Shown here one piece after another: positions 1 to 7,921 of a stretch of DNA of 64,000 nucleotides. The stretch comes from a bacterium (GTDB taxonomy: Bacteria > UBA8248). Both the position numbers and the translations under genes were made by a program. Where the stretch lies: positions 2,464,001 through 2,528,000 of the forward strand of contig CBDBZU010000004.1 in the NCBI GenBank assembly GCA_965213625.1. Reading direction: 5' to 3'. Position 1 is the first letter of the stretch. Every line of letters begins with the position of its first letter. The notes under the pieces are model-generated. The model did no database searches and was not told the DNA's origin. It saw nothing but the letters and a program-made list of their open reading frames with translations.

Positions 1-1
1 A

Positions 2-250
2 CTCATATTGCTCGATGAACCCACCGAGGGCCTGATGCCCGCGATGGTCCACGAGATCGAACAGATTATCCGGTGGATGGCGGAGGAACTCGGAATCGCC
101 ATTCTCCTCGTCGAGCAGGATTACCGGCTGGCCCTGCGGGCAAGCGCGCGGGGCTACATCATGGCCAAGGGCCACATCGTCCATAGCGGCGAGTCGGGCG
201 ACATCCTGGACGATGCGGAAACCCTGCACGAACACCTGGGAGTCTCCTGA
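2..250 (+). CDS. livF: Branched-chain amino acid-type ABC transporter ATP-binding subunit (5'-truncated by window edge)
   Basis: LILLDEPTEGL Walker B/D-loop and ILLVEQ motif; directly upstream of LivH/LivM-type permeases. Confidence 0.85.
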   Translation, partial: LILLDEPTEGLMPAMVHEIEQIIRWMAEELGIAILLVEQDYRLALRASARGYIMAKGHIVHSGESGDILDDAETLHEHLGVS

Positions 251-1134
251 TGGAGCAATTCTTCGAGCGCCTGGTGATCGAATCCGTCATGGGACTCCAG
301 AACGGTCTCGTGTTGGCCCTCGTCGCCGCAGGCTTCACCCTCATCCTGGGCGTCATGAACATCGTTAATTTCGCCCACGGGGAATTCTACATGGCCGGCG
401 CATTCGCCGGCTGGCTCACACTCAAGTTCGGCTCCGCCGTCTTCGGTTTCTGGGGCGCGGTGGTGATCGCGGGCGTCGTCGTCGCCGCCTTCGGGTTCGC
501 CATCGAGCGGAGCCTGTTCCGGACGACGCACGGGGGCAATCCGTTCATTCCCCTGCTGGTTTCCTTTGGGCTGGCGCTCGTGCTCCAGCAGGCGGCCCTG
601 ACCATTTTCGGCACAATCGGCAAGTTCATGGCCCCGCCGATCAAGACGTCGGTTCCATTTTTCGACCTCGAATTCCCATTGTACCGGATCGTCATCATGG
701 GGGTGGCCGCGCTCATCATGCTCCTGCTCTGGCTGTTCGTCACGCGAACGAAATGGGGGGTGTGGATTCAGGCGACCATCCAGAACCGCGAGATGGCCGC
801 CTGCATGGGCGTACCCGTGCCCCGGGTGTACCAGATGGTCTTTTCGGTCGGGTGCGGGCTTGCCGCGATGAGCGGCGTCCTCGTCGCTCCGATATTCAGC
901 GTGGACTATTCGATGGGGTCTGACATCATCGTCGCCGCCTTCATCGTGGTCGTCGTCGGCGGTCTGGGCAGTCTGCCGGGGACGATGCTCGCAGCGCTCT
1001 TGATAGGCGAGCTGGAGGCCATCGGCTCGATTTTCCTGGAGGGTTCCCAGCCTCAGATACTGAGCCTTCTCGTCCTGCTGGTCTTCCTGGTCTTCCGGCC
1101 CAACGGATTGATGGGTGAGCGGGGTCTCGAATGA
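250..1134 (+). CDS. livH: Branched-chain amino acid ABC transporter permease (LivH type)
   Basis: G.TLILGVMNIVNFAHGEFYM motif, VVVGGLGSLPG, C-terminal RPNGLMG; multiple TM helices. Confidence 0.9.
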   Translation: MEQFFERLVIESVMGLQNGLVLALVAAGFTLILGVMNIVNFAHGEFYMAGAFAGWLTLKFGSAVFGFWGAVVIAGVVVAAFGFAIERSLFRTTHGGNPFIPLLVSFGLALVLQQAALTIFGTIGKFMAPPIKTSVPFFDLEFPLYRIVIMGVAALIMLLLWLFVTRTKWGVWIQATIQNREMAACMGVPVPRVYQMVFSVGCGLAAMSGVLVAPIFSVDYSMGSDIIVAAFIVVVVGGLGSLPGTMLAALLIGELEAIGSIFLEGSQPQILSLLVLLVFLVFRPNGLMGERGLE

Positions 1135-2264
1135 TGGACCTCTCGCTTCGCATCGGCGTTCCTGTGGTCGCACTGATCGGGGTGACGTTCTGGCTTTTGC
1201 CGGTACTCGCGGCGGTGGAATTGCTCGCCATACTCGCCTTGCTGCCGTTCATCGTATGGGTTTTGTCCAGGCTTCCGGACCGTGTGAAGCTCGGCCTCCA
1301 GCCGTTTTTCGGCGTCAGGTACGCCGCCCCCGTTATTTTCGCGGTGGGCTTGAGCCTGCCGTTTTGGGCCGGCGATTTCGAGCTCAGGTTCTACAGCGAG
1401 ATGCTCATCCTGGGCCTGCTGGCGATGAGCCTCGACGTGATGATGGGTTTCGTCGGGCTTGCCAGCTTCGCGCATGCAGCGCTTGCGGGCGTCGGGGCCT
1501 ACGGCGCCGCGATCATGCTGACCAAGTTCGGGTGGAGCCCCTGGGCGGCGATAGGGTTCGCCGTCGCCTTGGGAACGACGCTCACCACCTGCATGGGCGC
1601 GTTTTCCGTGCGCGTGCGCGACATATATTTCGGCATCATCACGCTGGTGTTCGGCAGCGTGGCGTTCATCGTGGCGAACTCGTGGGTCTCGGTGACCAAC
1701 GGCGAAGACGGCATGACGATAGATTTGCCCACGCTCGGGTTTTTCGGGCTGTTCGGGGTCGAGACCGGGGAGTTTTCGCACTTCTGGTACCTGACGTTCG
1801 GCGTGGTGTTCTTATCCTATCTTTCCCTGCGGGCCTTTCTCCGCTCGCCCGTCGGTCTCGTGTTCATGGGCATTCGCGAGAACGAGCGGCGCGCCGCCTA
1901 TCTCGGCTACAACGTGAACGCCTACAAGATTTTCAACACGGCGGTTTCGGGTTTCTTCACCTCGGTGGCGGGGGTGCTGGTGCTACTCAAAAACGGCATC
2001 ATCGGCACGGAGCAGATGGACGTCATCCATTCGGGGGAAATCGTCATCTGGTCGGTCGTGGGCGGGCTCGGAACGCTCATCGGGCCCTTCGTGGGTGCGA
2101 GTTTCGTCCATTACCTGAACGATTTTCTGGGGGAGTACACCGAACGGGCGATTCTGGTCATCGGCCTGTTCTTCATCATCACGATTCTGCTGGCCCCCAG
2201 GGGAATCGTCGGCTCGATCATCGAGGTGTGGCGGGTGCAGCCACAGGCGGAGAACGAGGAGTGA
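1131..2264 (+). CDS. livM: Branched-chain amino acid ABC transporter permease (LivM type)
   Basis: GLASFAHAA, YFGIITL, TNGEDG, IRENERRAAYLGYN, VVGGLGTLIGP motifs. Confidence 0.9.
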   Translation: MMDLSLRIGVPVVALIGVTFWLLPVLAAVELLAILALLPFIVWVLSRLPDRVKLGLQPFFGVRYAAPVIFAVGLSLPFWAGDFELRFYSEMLILGLLAMSLDVMMGFVGLASFAHAALAGVGAYGAAIMLTKFGWSPWAAIGFAVALGTTLTTCMGAFSVRVRDIYFGIITLVFGSVAFIVANSWVSVTNGEDGMTIDLPTLGFFGLFGVETGEFSHFWYLTFGVVFLSYLSLRAFLRSPVGLVFMGIRENERRAAYLGYNVNAYKIFNTAVSGFFTSVAGVLVLLKNGIIGTEQMDVIHSGEIVIWSVVGGLGTLIGPFVGASFVHYLNDFLGEYTERAILVIGLFFIITILLAPRGIVGSIIEVWRVQPQAENEE

Positions 2265-2334
2265 AACCCTTCCAGAGCGGGATTGTTGAAAAAGATCTGG
2301 ATGCACGATTCGGCGTATGAAGCCGACCGGGGAG

Positions 2335-2557
2335 GGGTTGTTGAAAAACCCGGCATTTGAACAAACGCATTCTCCTCGCCTTGCATGCCTACGTATCTGC
2401 CTCACCCTGAGTAGCCGCCGGAGGCGGCGTATCGAAGGGCGCTCTCCCTCGATACGGCGCGCAAGCGCGCCTACTCGGGATGAGGATGGTTTTATGGATA
2501 AGGGCGACGAATGCGCTACACGCAATTTCCCTTTAACGAGGACTTTTTCAAAAACCC
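2335..2557. mobile_element. Putative MITE with imperfect terminal inverted repeats enclosing a REP-like palindromic element
   Basis: GGGTTGTTGAAAAA at 2335 and TTTTTCAAAAACCC ending 2557; internal CCTCACCCTGAGTAG...GTATCGAAGGG...CCCTCGATACG...CTACTCGGGATGAGG (2400-2485); related copy at 50187-50438. Confidence 0.6.
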
Positions 2558-2695
2558 GTATTTGACCGGGTTCACACGCTCAACTCCATGACAATGCGCC
2601 TGCTCCGGCTATCTGGGCGGCGGGAAAAGTTGTATATTCAGTTATCCGAAAATTGAGTGATATGGAATCGGCTATTTTCTCAAAAGGAGATTGAT

Positions 2696-3817
2696 ATGAA
2701 ATGGAACCTGAAAGCATGTTCTTTCTGCTTCCCTCTCGCAATTGTCCTGGCTGCGGCTTTCGTTGCGCCCGCCTTCGGCGCGACCCCGATTTCGCCTCAG
2801 GAGAAAAAGCTGATTCCGCTCGCGAAGAAGGAAGGAGCTGTCACCTTTCTCCAAACTTCTTTCAATAACCCGACAATCCGGCGCATGCGCGCAGCCTTCA
2901 CCAAGCATTATGGCTTGGGAAGCGGCTTCAAGCTGAACTCCATCCAGAAAGGTACGGGGCCCACTGTGTCCCAGGCACGTCAGGAGATACGGGCGAACAA
3001 GTTCAGTTTCGACGCGGTCGCCGTCGCCTCTGCGGGCTTCTTCATCGGCGCCGCTAGGGCGGGGGCTTTCCTGCCCCTGGACAGCGGCCAGTTGAAGAAC
3101 CACGAGGAAAACGCAAAAGCGCGCGGGGTGTTCTATGATTACCCCCATTTCATCGCGCCTTTCTCCTACACCTTCCAGCCCGTCTGGAACTCGGGGTGCC
3201 CCGGCGTAGAGAATTTGAAGGTCAACTCCTACAGTGACATCCTGGACAACCCCAAGCTGAAAGGGAAAGTCATCGCCAGCGACGTCACCAAGAGCACCTC
3301 CTACTCCCTCACGACCATCGGCCTGATGGAGAACGGATTCGACGTGCACGGGATGTGGAAGAAGCTCAAGGCTCTCGACCCGCTCGTGGGTTTCCGCACC
3401 TCGGCGAAGCTGCAGTTGATGGCGAACTGCGAAGGCGCCGTAGACATGTGGAACCTCACCGGCCGGATGATCCAGATAATCCGCAAGAAGCCGGACCTCG
3501 CCAAGGTCCTGCGGTGGGGCACCTACAAGGAAGGCCAGGTTCTCTTCGGCATGCAGGCGGGCGTCGTCAAGGGCGCGTCGAATCCCAACGCGGCCAAGTT
3601 GTTGATGGATTTCCTCCTGACCAAAGAGGCGGTGGACATCGTCGCCGAGGAGGAAATCAGCTTCTACTCCATGCTCAAAGGCTACAAGCCGCCCGAGTCC
3701 GTCAAGAAGTACATGATGGATTTCGACAAAGTAAAAACCCTCCCCATCAAGGATCAAACTGCTGCGGCGAAGAAGTTCAAGAAAATGCGCAGAGAGTGGC
3801 AGCAGGTATTCCGTTAA
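2696..3817 (+). CDS. ABC transporter substrate-binding protein (Fe3+/thiamine/polyamine-like SBP family)
   Basis: RBS AAGGAG before ATG 2696; signal peptide; AKKEG.V start and NPNAAKLLMDFLLTKE motif; upstream of FbpB-type permease. Confidence 0.85.
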   Translation: MKWNLKACSFCFPLAIVLAAAFVAPAFGATPISPQEKKLIPLAKKEGAVTFLQTSFNNPTIRRMRAAFTKHYGLGSGFKLNSIQKGTGPTVSQARQEIRANKFSFDAVAVASAGFFIGAARAGAFLPLDSGQLKNHEENAKARGVFYDYPHFIAPFSYTFQPVWNSGCPGVENLKVNSYSDILDNPKLKGKVIASDVTKSTSYSLTTIGLMENGFDVHGMWKKLKALDPLVGFRTSAKLQLMANCEGAVDMWNLTGRMIQIIRKKPDLAKVLRWGTYKEGQVLFGMQAGVVKGASNPNAAKLLMDFLLTKEAVDIVAEEEISFYSMLKGYKPPESVKKYMMDFDKVKTLPIKDQTAAAKKFKKMRREWQQVFR

Positions 3818-3843
3818 TCGCTAGCGGCATGCCCCGGCTCCGG

Positions 3844-3874
3844 GGCCGGGAGACGAGGCAGTCGTCTCCCGGCC
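3844..3874 (+). other. 13-bp-stem intercistronic hairpin (probable mRNA-stabilising/attenuating structure after the SBP gene)
   Basis: GGCCGGGAGACGA-ggcag-TCGTCTCCCGGCC; no U-tract. Confidence 0.55.
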
Positions 3875-3901
3875 TCTGAACCACTTGATCGAGGGGAGAA
3901 C

Positions 3902-5650
3902 ATGGCTGGCATATCCGGTTCGGAGGCTGTTCCCAGGAACTACCTGAGCCACCTTCGGAACTTGTTTCAGGCTGAAAATCTGACCACCGCCATCGTCAGC
4001 ATAATCGTCACGGTCTTGGTGGTGACCCCCCTGATCGCCCTGGTGGTGGGAAGCTTCCTCGTACTGGACGATCTGGGCTTCGGCGCGGAGTGGGGCCTCG
4101 AGAACTACCGGGAGATGTTCCAGGATCCCGTCATCCGCAGAGCCTTCTTCAACACCCTCTTCGTGAGTACGGGCGCCACTCTGCTGGCCACCTTCATGGG
4201 CGTATCTCTCGCTTGGATCAACGCCCGGACGAATTGCCCCCTGCGGGACAGGCTCGAGCCGATGAACCTGATCCCTTTCTTTCTCAGCCCTTTCGTCGGG
4301 GCGATCGCCTGGCACAATCTCGCCTCGCCCAAGGTCGGGATGCTGAACAATCTGGCGCGCGACCTGTTCGGGATAGAGGGCGCCCTCCTGAACGTGAACA
4401 ATCTGTTCGGGATCATCTGGGTGACGGGGATATTCTTTACGCCTCTCATCTATCTCTTCGTCGTGGGTTCGCTCAGGCGCATGGACCCCTCCCTCGAAGA
4501 CAGCGCGCGCGTGACCGGGGCGGGTCTGCTGCGCACCACCCTGACAGTTAGCTTACCGCTCGTAGCGCCCGGCATCCTTTCGGGCGCCATCATCGTCTTC
4601 GTCACGAGCGCAGGGGAATTCGGCGTGCCCTTCAAGCTGGGCGCGCCCTACGGCTGGGAAACCCTGACCACCCAGATATTCACCAAGGCCGTGGGTGATC
4701 AGGCGAACACCTATATGGGCTCGGCCATGAGCATGGTCCTCGGCGTTATCACGGCCATCTTCATCTGGGTGCAGCGGCGCATCATCGCACCCCGGGAGTT
4801 CACCACCGTGACCGGCAAAGGCTTCCGGCCCAACCTCATCGACCTGGGCCGGTGGAAGTGGGCAGCCTTCGGCTACAACGTCTTCTACATTTTCGTCACC
4901 GTCGTCCTGCCCATCTTCAGCATCCTCGTGGTGAGCCTCCACAACGTATGGGTGGGCAAGATCATACCGGCGGATTTCACCACCCTGAACTACGAGCGCA
5001 TCCTTTTCTTCTGGACCCCCACGGTCATACAGCCGGCGACGAACGGCATTTTGAACAGCTTCATCCTCGCCATATCGGGTTCTACGATCGCGATGATCCT
5101 GGCCATCATTCTTTCCTTCCAGATTCATCGCCGCAAGGGCCGGTTCGTCGGACTGCTGGATTTCCTGTGCGCCGTGCCCGTGGGCTTTCCGGGCATCGTG
5201 CTCGGGATGGGGATACTCATCGTCTACATCAAGACGCCCATCTACGGCACCCTCTGGATACTCCTCCTCGGCTACGTCACCCGGTTCTTCCCTTACGGGC
5301 AGCGTAACGTGGCCTCCGTCATGCTCGCCGTCTCGGAAGAACTCGAGCAGAGCTCCCGGCTCGTCGGCGCCTCCTGGGCGACGACGCTCAGGCGCATCAC
5401 CATCCCGCTTCTCAAGCCGGGCATTTTCGCCGGCTGGCTCCTCATGTTCCTGATCTTCATCCGAGAACTCTCCATCTCCATCATCCTGTTCACAGCGGGT
5501 ACGGAGACCCTCTCCACCGGCATCTACTACCTCCAGGAGTACGAGACGGAATCGCTCACCTGCACCCTCTCCGTCATTCAGACTTTCGTTCTCCTTGCCT
5601 GCGTTCTCCTGTTCCGTAAGATAGTGGGCAGAGAGGCGCTCGTAGCCTGA
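3902..5650 (+). CDS. FbpB-type ABC transporter permease (two BPD_transp_1 domains)
   Basis: Two EAA-like loops (DPSLEDSARVTGAG; SEELEQSSRLVGAS), EFGVP, FTTVTGKGFRP; about 12 TM helices. Confidence 0.9.
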   Translation: MAGISGSEAVPRNYLSHLRNLFQAENLTTAIVSIIVTVLVVTPLIALVVGSFLVLDDLGFGAEWGLENYREMFQDPVIRRAFFNTLFVSTGATLLATFMGVSLAWINARTNCPLRDRLEPMNLIPFFLSPFVGAIAWHNLASPKVGMLNNLARDLFGIEGALLNVNNLFGIIWVTGIFFTPLIYLFVVGSLRRMDPSLEDSARVTGAGLLRTTLTVSLPLVAPGILSGAIIVFVTSAGEFGVPFKLGAPYGWETLTTQIFTKAVGDQANTYMGSAMSMVLGVITAIFIWVQRRIIAPREFTTVTGKGFRPNLIDLGRWKWAAFGYNVFYIFVTVVLPIFSILVVSLHNVWVGKIIPADFTTLNYERILFFWTPTVIQPATNGILNSFILAISGSTIAMILAIILSFQIHRRKGRFVGLLDFLCAVPVGFPGIVLGMGILIVYIKTPIYGTLWILLLGYVTRFFPYGQRNVASVMLAVSEELEQSSRLVGASWATTLRRITIPLLKPGIFAGWLLMFLIFIRELSISIILFTAGTETLSTGIYYLQEYETESLTCTLSVIQTFVLLACVLLFRKIVGREALVA

Positions 5651-5738
5651 TCCGTCGCTGTACGGCCCGATATCGTTTTTTCGACATGTCCAGTTTCGGC
5701 GCTTTTTGCGTTGATGGAGCATATGAAGGAGGTTCGTC

Positions 5739-6629
5739 ATGACCGCGCAGACCATCGCAATCATCAGTCCAGGAGAATTGGGGAGCGCTGTAGGCGGTGT
5801 TTTAAAAGAAAATGGACTCGACACCGTCGCCTGTCTCTCGGGACGAAGCGCGCTCACGCGAGAGAGGGCTCTGGCGGCGGGATTCCGGGATGTTCCGACA
5901 CTGGAAGCGCTTCTGAAAGAAGCGGACCTCGTGCTCTCCATCATGCCGCCTGCCTGTGCGGTGGAGGTGGCCCGAGAGGTCGCTGCGGCGATGAAAGCCA
6001 CCGGTCATCGTCCTCCTTACGTCGATTGCAACGCCATATCGCCCGATTCCACCCGCCATGCCGGGAAATTCATCACCGATGCGGGAGGGGCGTACATCGA
6101 CGGCGGGATTATCGTCGGTCCACCTCCCTGGGAAGGGAAAGTTCCGGTTTTCTACGTGAGCGGTGAATGCACCGACCCGATGACCCGACTGGACGGAAAA
6201 GGCATCTCCGTGCGTGTCGTCGGGAGTGAGATCGGCCGCGCATCGGGCCTCAAGATGTGCTCCGCAGCACTTCGAAAGGGGACGCTCGCGCTGCAGACCG
6301 CCGTTCTCATCGCCGCAGAGGCGATGGGGCTGACCGAGGAGTTCGAAAAGGAGATGCTCGGCAGCCGCGAGGCCCTCTACCGACAGATGGAATCGGGAAC
6401 GCGGCGGCTCCCCTCCGTGGCGGCGAGGTACATCGGCGAGATGGAGGAGATTGCCGCGGCCTTCTCGTCCGTCGGCGTCACGCCGAAGTTTCATCAAGGA
6501 GCACATGACGTCTATCGGCTCCTCGCCGAGACGCCTTACGCATCCGAGACTCCGGACACGATTGACGGCGGCCGCACCCTGAAAAAAGCGGCGCAGACCT
6601 ATGTCAATCACCTGCCGATGGGAGATTAG
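5739..6629 (+). CDS. NAD(P)-dependent oxidoreductase, 6PGDH/3-hydroxyisobutyrate dehydrogenase-like with DUF1932-type C-terminus
   Basis: IAIISPGELGSAVG Rossmann motif, YVDCNAISP, ASGLKMC, ARYIGEMEEIA. Confidence 0.8.
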   Translation: MTAQTIAIISPGELGSAVGGVLKENGLDTVACLSGRSALTRERALAAGFRDVPTLEALLKEADLVLSIMPPACAVEVAREVAAAMKATGHRPPYVDCNAISPDSTRHAGKFITDAGGAYIDGGIIVGPPPWEGKVPVFYVSGECTDPMTRLDGKGISVRVVGSEIGRASGLKMCSAALRKGTLALQTAVLIAAEAMGLTEEFEKEMLGSREALYRQMESGTRRLPSVAARYIGEMEEIAAAFSSVGVTPKFHQGAHDVYRLLAETPYASETPDTIDGGRTLKKAAQTYVNHLPMGD

Positions 6630-6734
6630 TGTTTCGTCCGGTGCAAAAGGGCAATTTTTACCAACGCTAACTGTCTCGCATTCACAGCAACTGTTCATTG
6701 TCCGCTTAAAACCATTCTCCGCCGGATTTGCCCT

Positions 6735-7312
6735 CGCATTTCCCCGCATTTGGCGTCTCGGCGGTCTCTTCGGAATGCGCGAGAATTTCATATGGGCAGG
6801 CTTAGCGAGGAATCAAAATTCCCGTAGCCCATTCATTGGGACATGCCCGGCGGACAATTCAAATTCACCGCAGCCATTTTATATGGGCATATCCGGTGGA
6901 TGAATTGATTCTTCGCAGCCGTTTCATAGGGGCAGGCTGGACGGGAGGAATCTGGTTTCCTCACAGCCGCATTCATAGGGATGGACAGGGCGGTGAAATC
7001 AATACTTCGACTGTGGATTGATAAAGGTGAAGCGATGATTCGGCGAATCCATGGCAGGCGTTGCGAGATGGACGAAGGCGCAAAGGCGGTGAAATCTCGC
7101 CCGTACGCCGTACGCGCGCCGGGTTTCGAATTCATGAAAATATCGATAAAATTGGATAAATTTCCGAAAAGGTTTGTAGTTGAAACTATCATGGCACTAT
7201 ACATCAGTTCAAAATCTTATCAAATATATTTAAAGTAATACTTTATGTAATTATCGAAATTTATCGAATTAAAATTTTTTTGGGAACCACGCATTTGTCC
7301 GCATTTCCCCGC
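6735..7312. repeat. Dispersed non-coding element, copy A (homologous to 53396-53890)
   Basis: CGCAWTTNCC tandem boxes at both ends (6735-6752, 7290-7312); 35-nt block 7128-7162 matches 53658-53692 at 29/35 ungapped. Confidence 0.7.
6787..7016. repeat. Degenerate tandem repeat, 5 units of 45-49 bp, each with an imperfect hairpin
   Basis: TTYATAKGG-like unit starts at 6787, 6832, 6878, 6923, 6972; units 1-4 end in a CGCAGCC-like sequence. Confidence 0.7.
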
Positions 7313-7321
7313 GCAGGGACA

Positions 7322-7852
7322 TCATTTGAGCAGCCACACGCCGTCCTCGCCGTCCACCTCGCGCATCCGCACCTGGATGTGCTCCTGAAGCGACGTGGGC
7401 ACGTTCTTACCGATGAAATCGGGCCGGAAGGGGAGTTCCCTGTGGCCGCGGTCGATGAGGGAGGCGAGCCAGATCTTGCGTGGCCGGCCCAGATCCATGA
7501 TGGCGTCCAAGGCCGCGCGCACCGTCCGGCCCGTGAAGAAGACGTCGTCGATAAGGAACACGCTCCGACCGGAAAGGTCGAAATCGATGTGGGTGGGCTC
7601 GAAACCGCGCCCCTCGGTGGGGTGGCCGCCGTCGTCACGATGGACGCCGATGTCCAGCGCGCCCAGAGGAGGTGAGATGTCCTCCAACTCCTCAATATGC
7701 TGTTTGAGCCGCCTCGCGAGCGGTTCTCCCCGCGTGAGCACGCCGATGAGCGCGATGTTCCTATCCGCAGCGCACGCCTCCATCATCTCGGAGGCGATTC
7801 TTTTAAGCGAAAGATCGAGCTCCTGCGCCGTCATAATGGATATTTGCGTCAT
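7322..7852 (-). CDS. pyrR: PyrR-family protein / uracil phosphoribosyltransferase (divergent second paralogue)
   Basis: GVLTRGEPLA, LDIGVHRDD, LIDDVFFTGRTVRAA PRPP motif, DRGHRELP, GKNVPT. Confidence 0.85.
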   Translation of the reverse strand: MTQISIMTAQELDLSLKRIASEMMEACAADRNIALIGVLTRGEPLARRLKQHIEELEDISPPLGALDIGVHRDDGGHPTEGRGFEPTHIDFDLSGRSVFLIDDVFFTGRTVRAALDAIMDLGRPRKIWLASLIDRGHRELPFRPDFIGKNVPTSLQEHIQVRMREVDGEDGVWLLK

Positions 7853-7921
7853 GGAAGTGTCCAGAGTTCTCAGAAACCGGTTCAGGCCATCCTAGTGTTT
7901 ATGGGCGCGGCGATCAATGGT

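Noticed and set aside
6787-7016. CRISPR array
   Set aside because: Units are similar along their whole length with no identical repeats or unique spacers, and there are no cas genes in the window.
6981-7238. Small protein family (EFMKISIKLDKF here vs ELMNNSIKIDKF in ORF 53484..53849)
   Set aside because: Similarity is limited to the shared DNA boxes and the rest of the ORFs does not align, so it is better explained as a non-coding element.
7228-7253. dif (XerCD) site ATTTAAAGTAA-tact-TTATGTAATTA
   Set aside because: The spacer is 4 bp instead of 6 and there is no convincing XerC arm.
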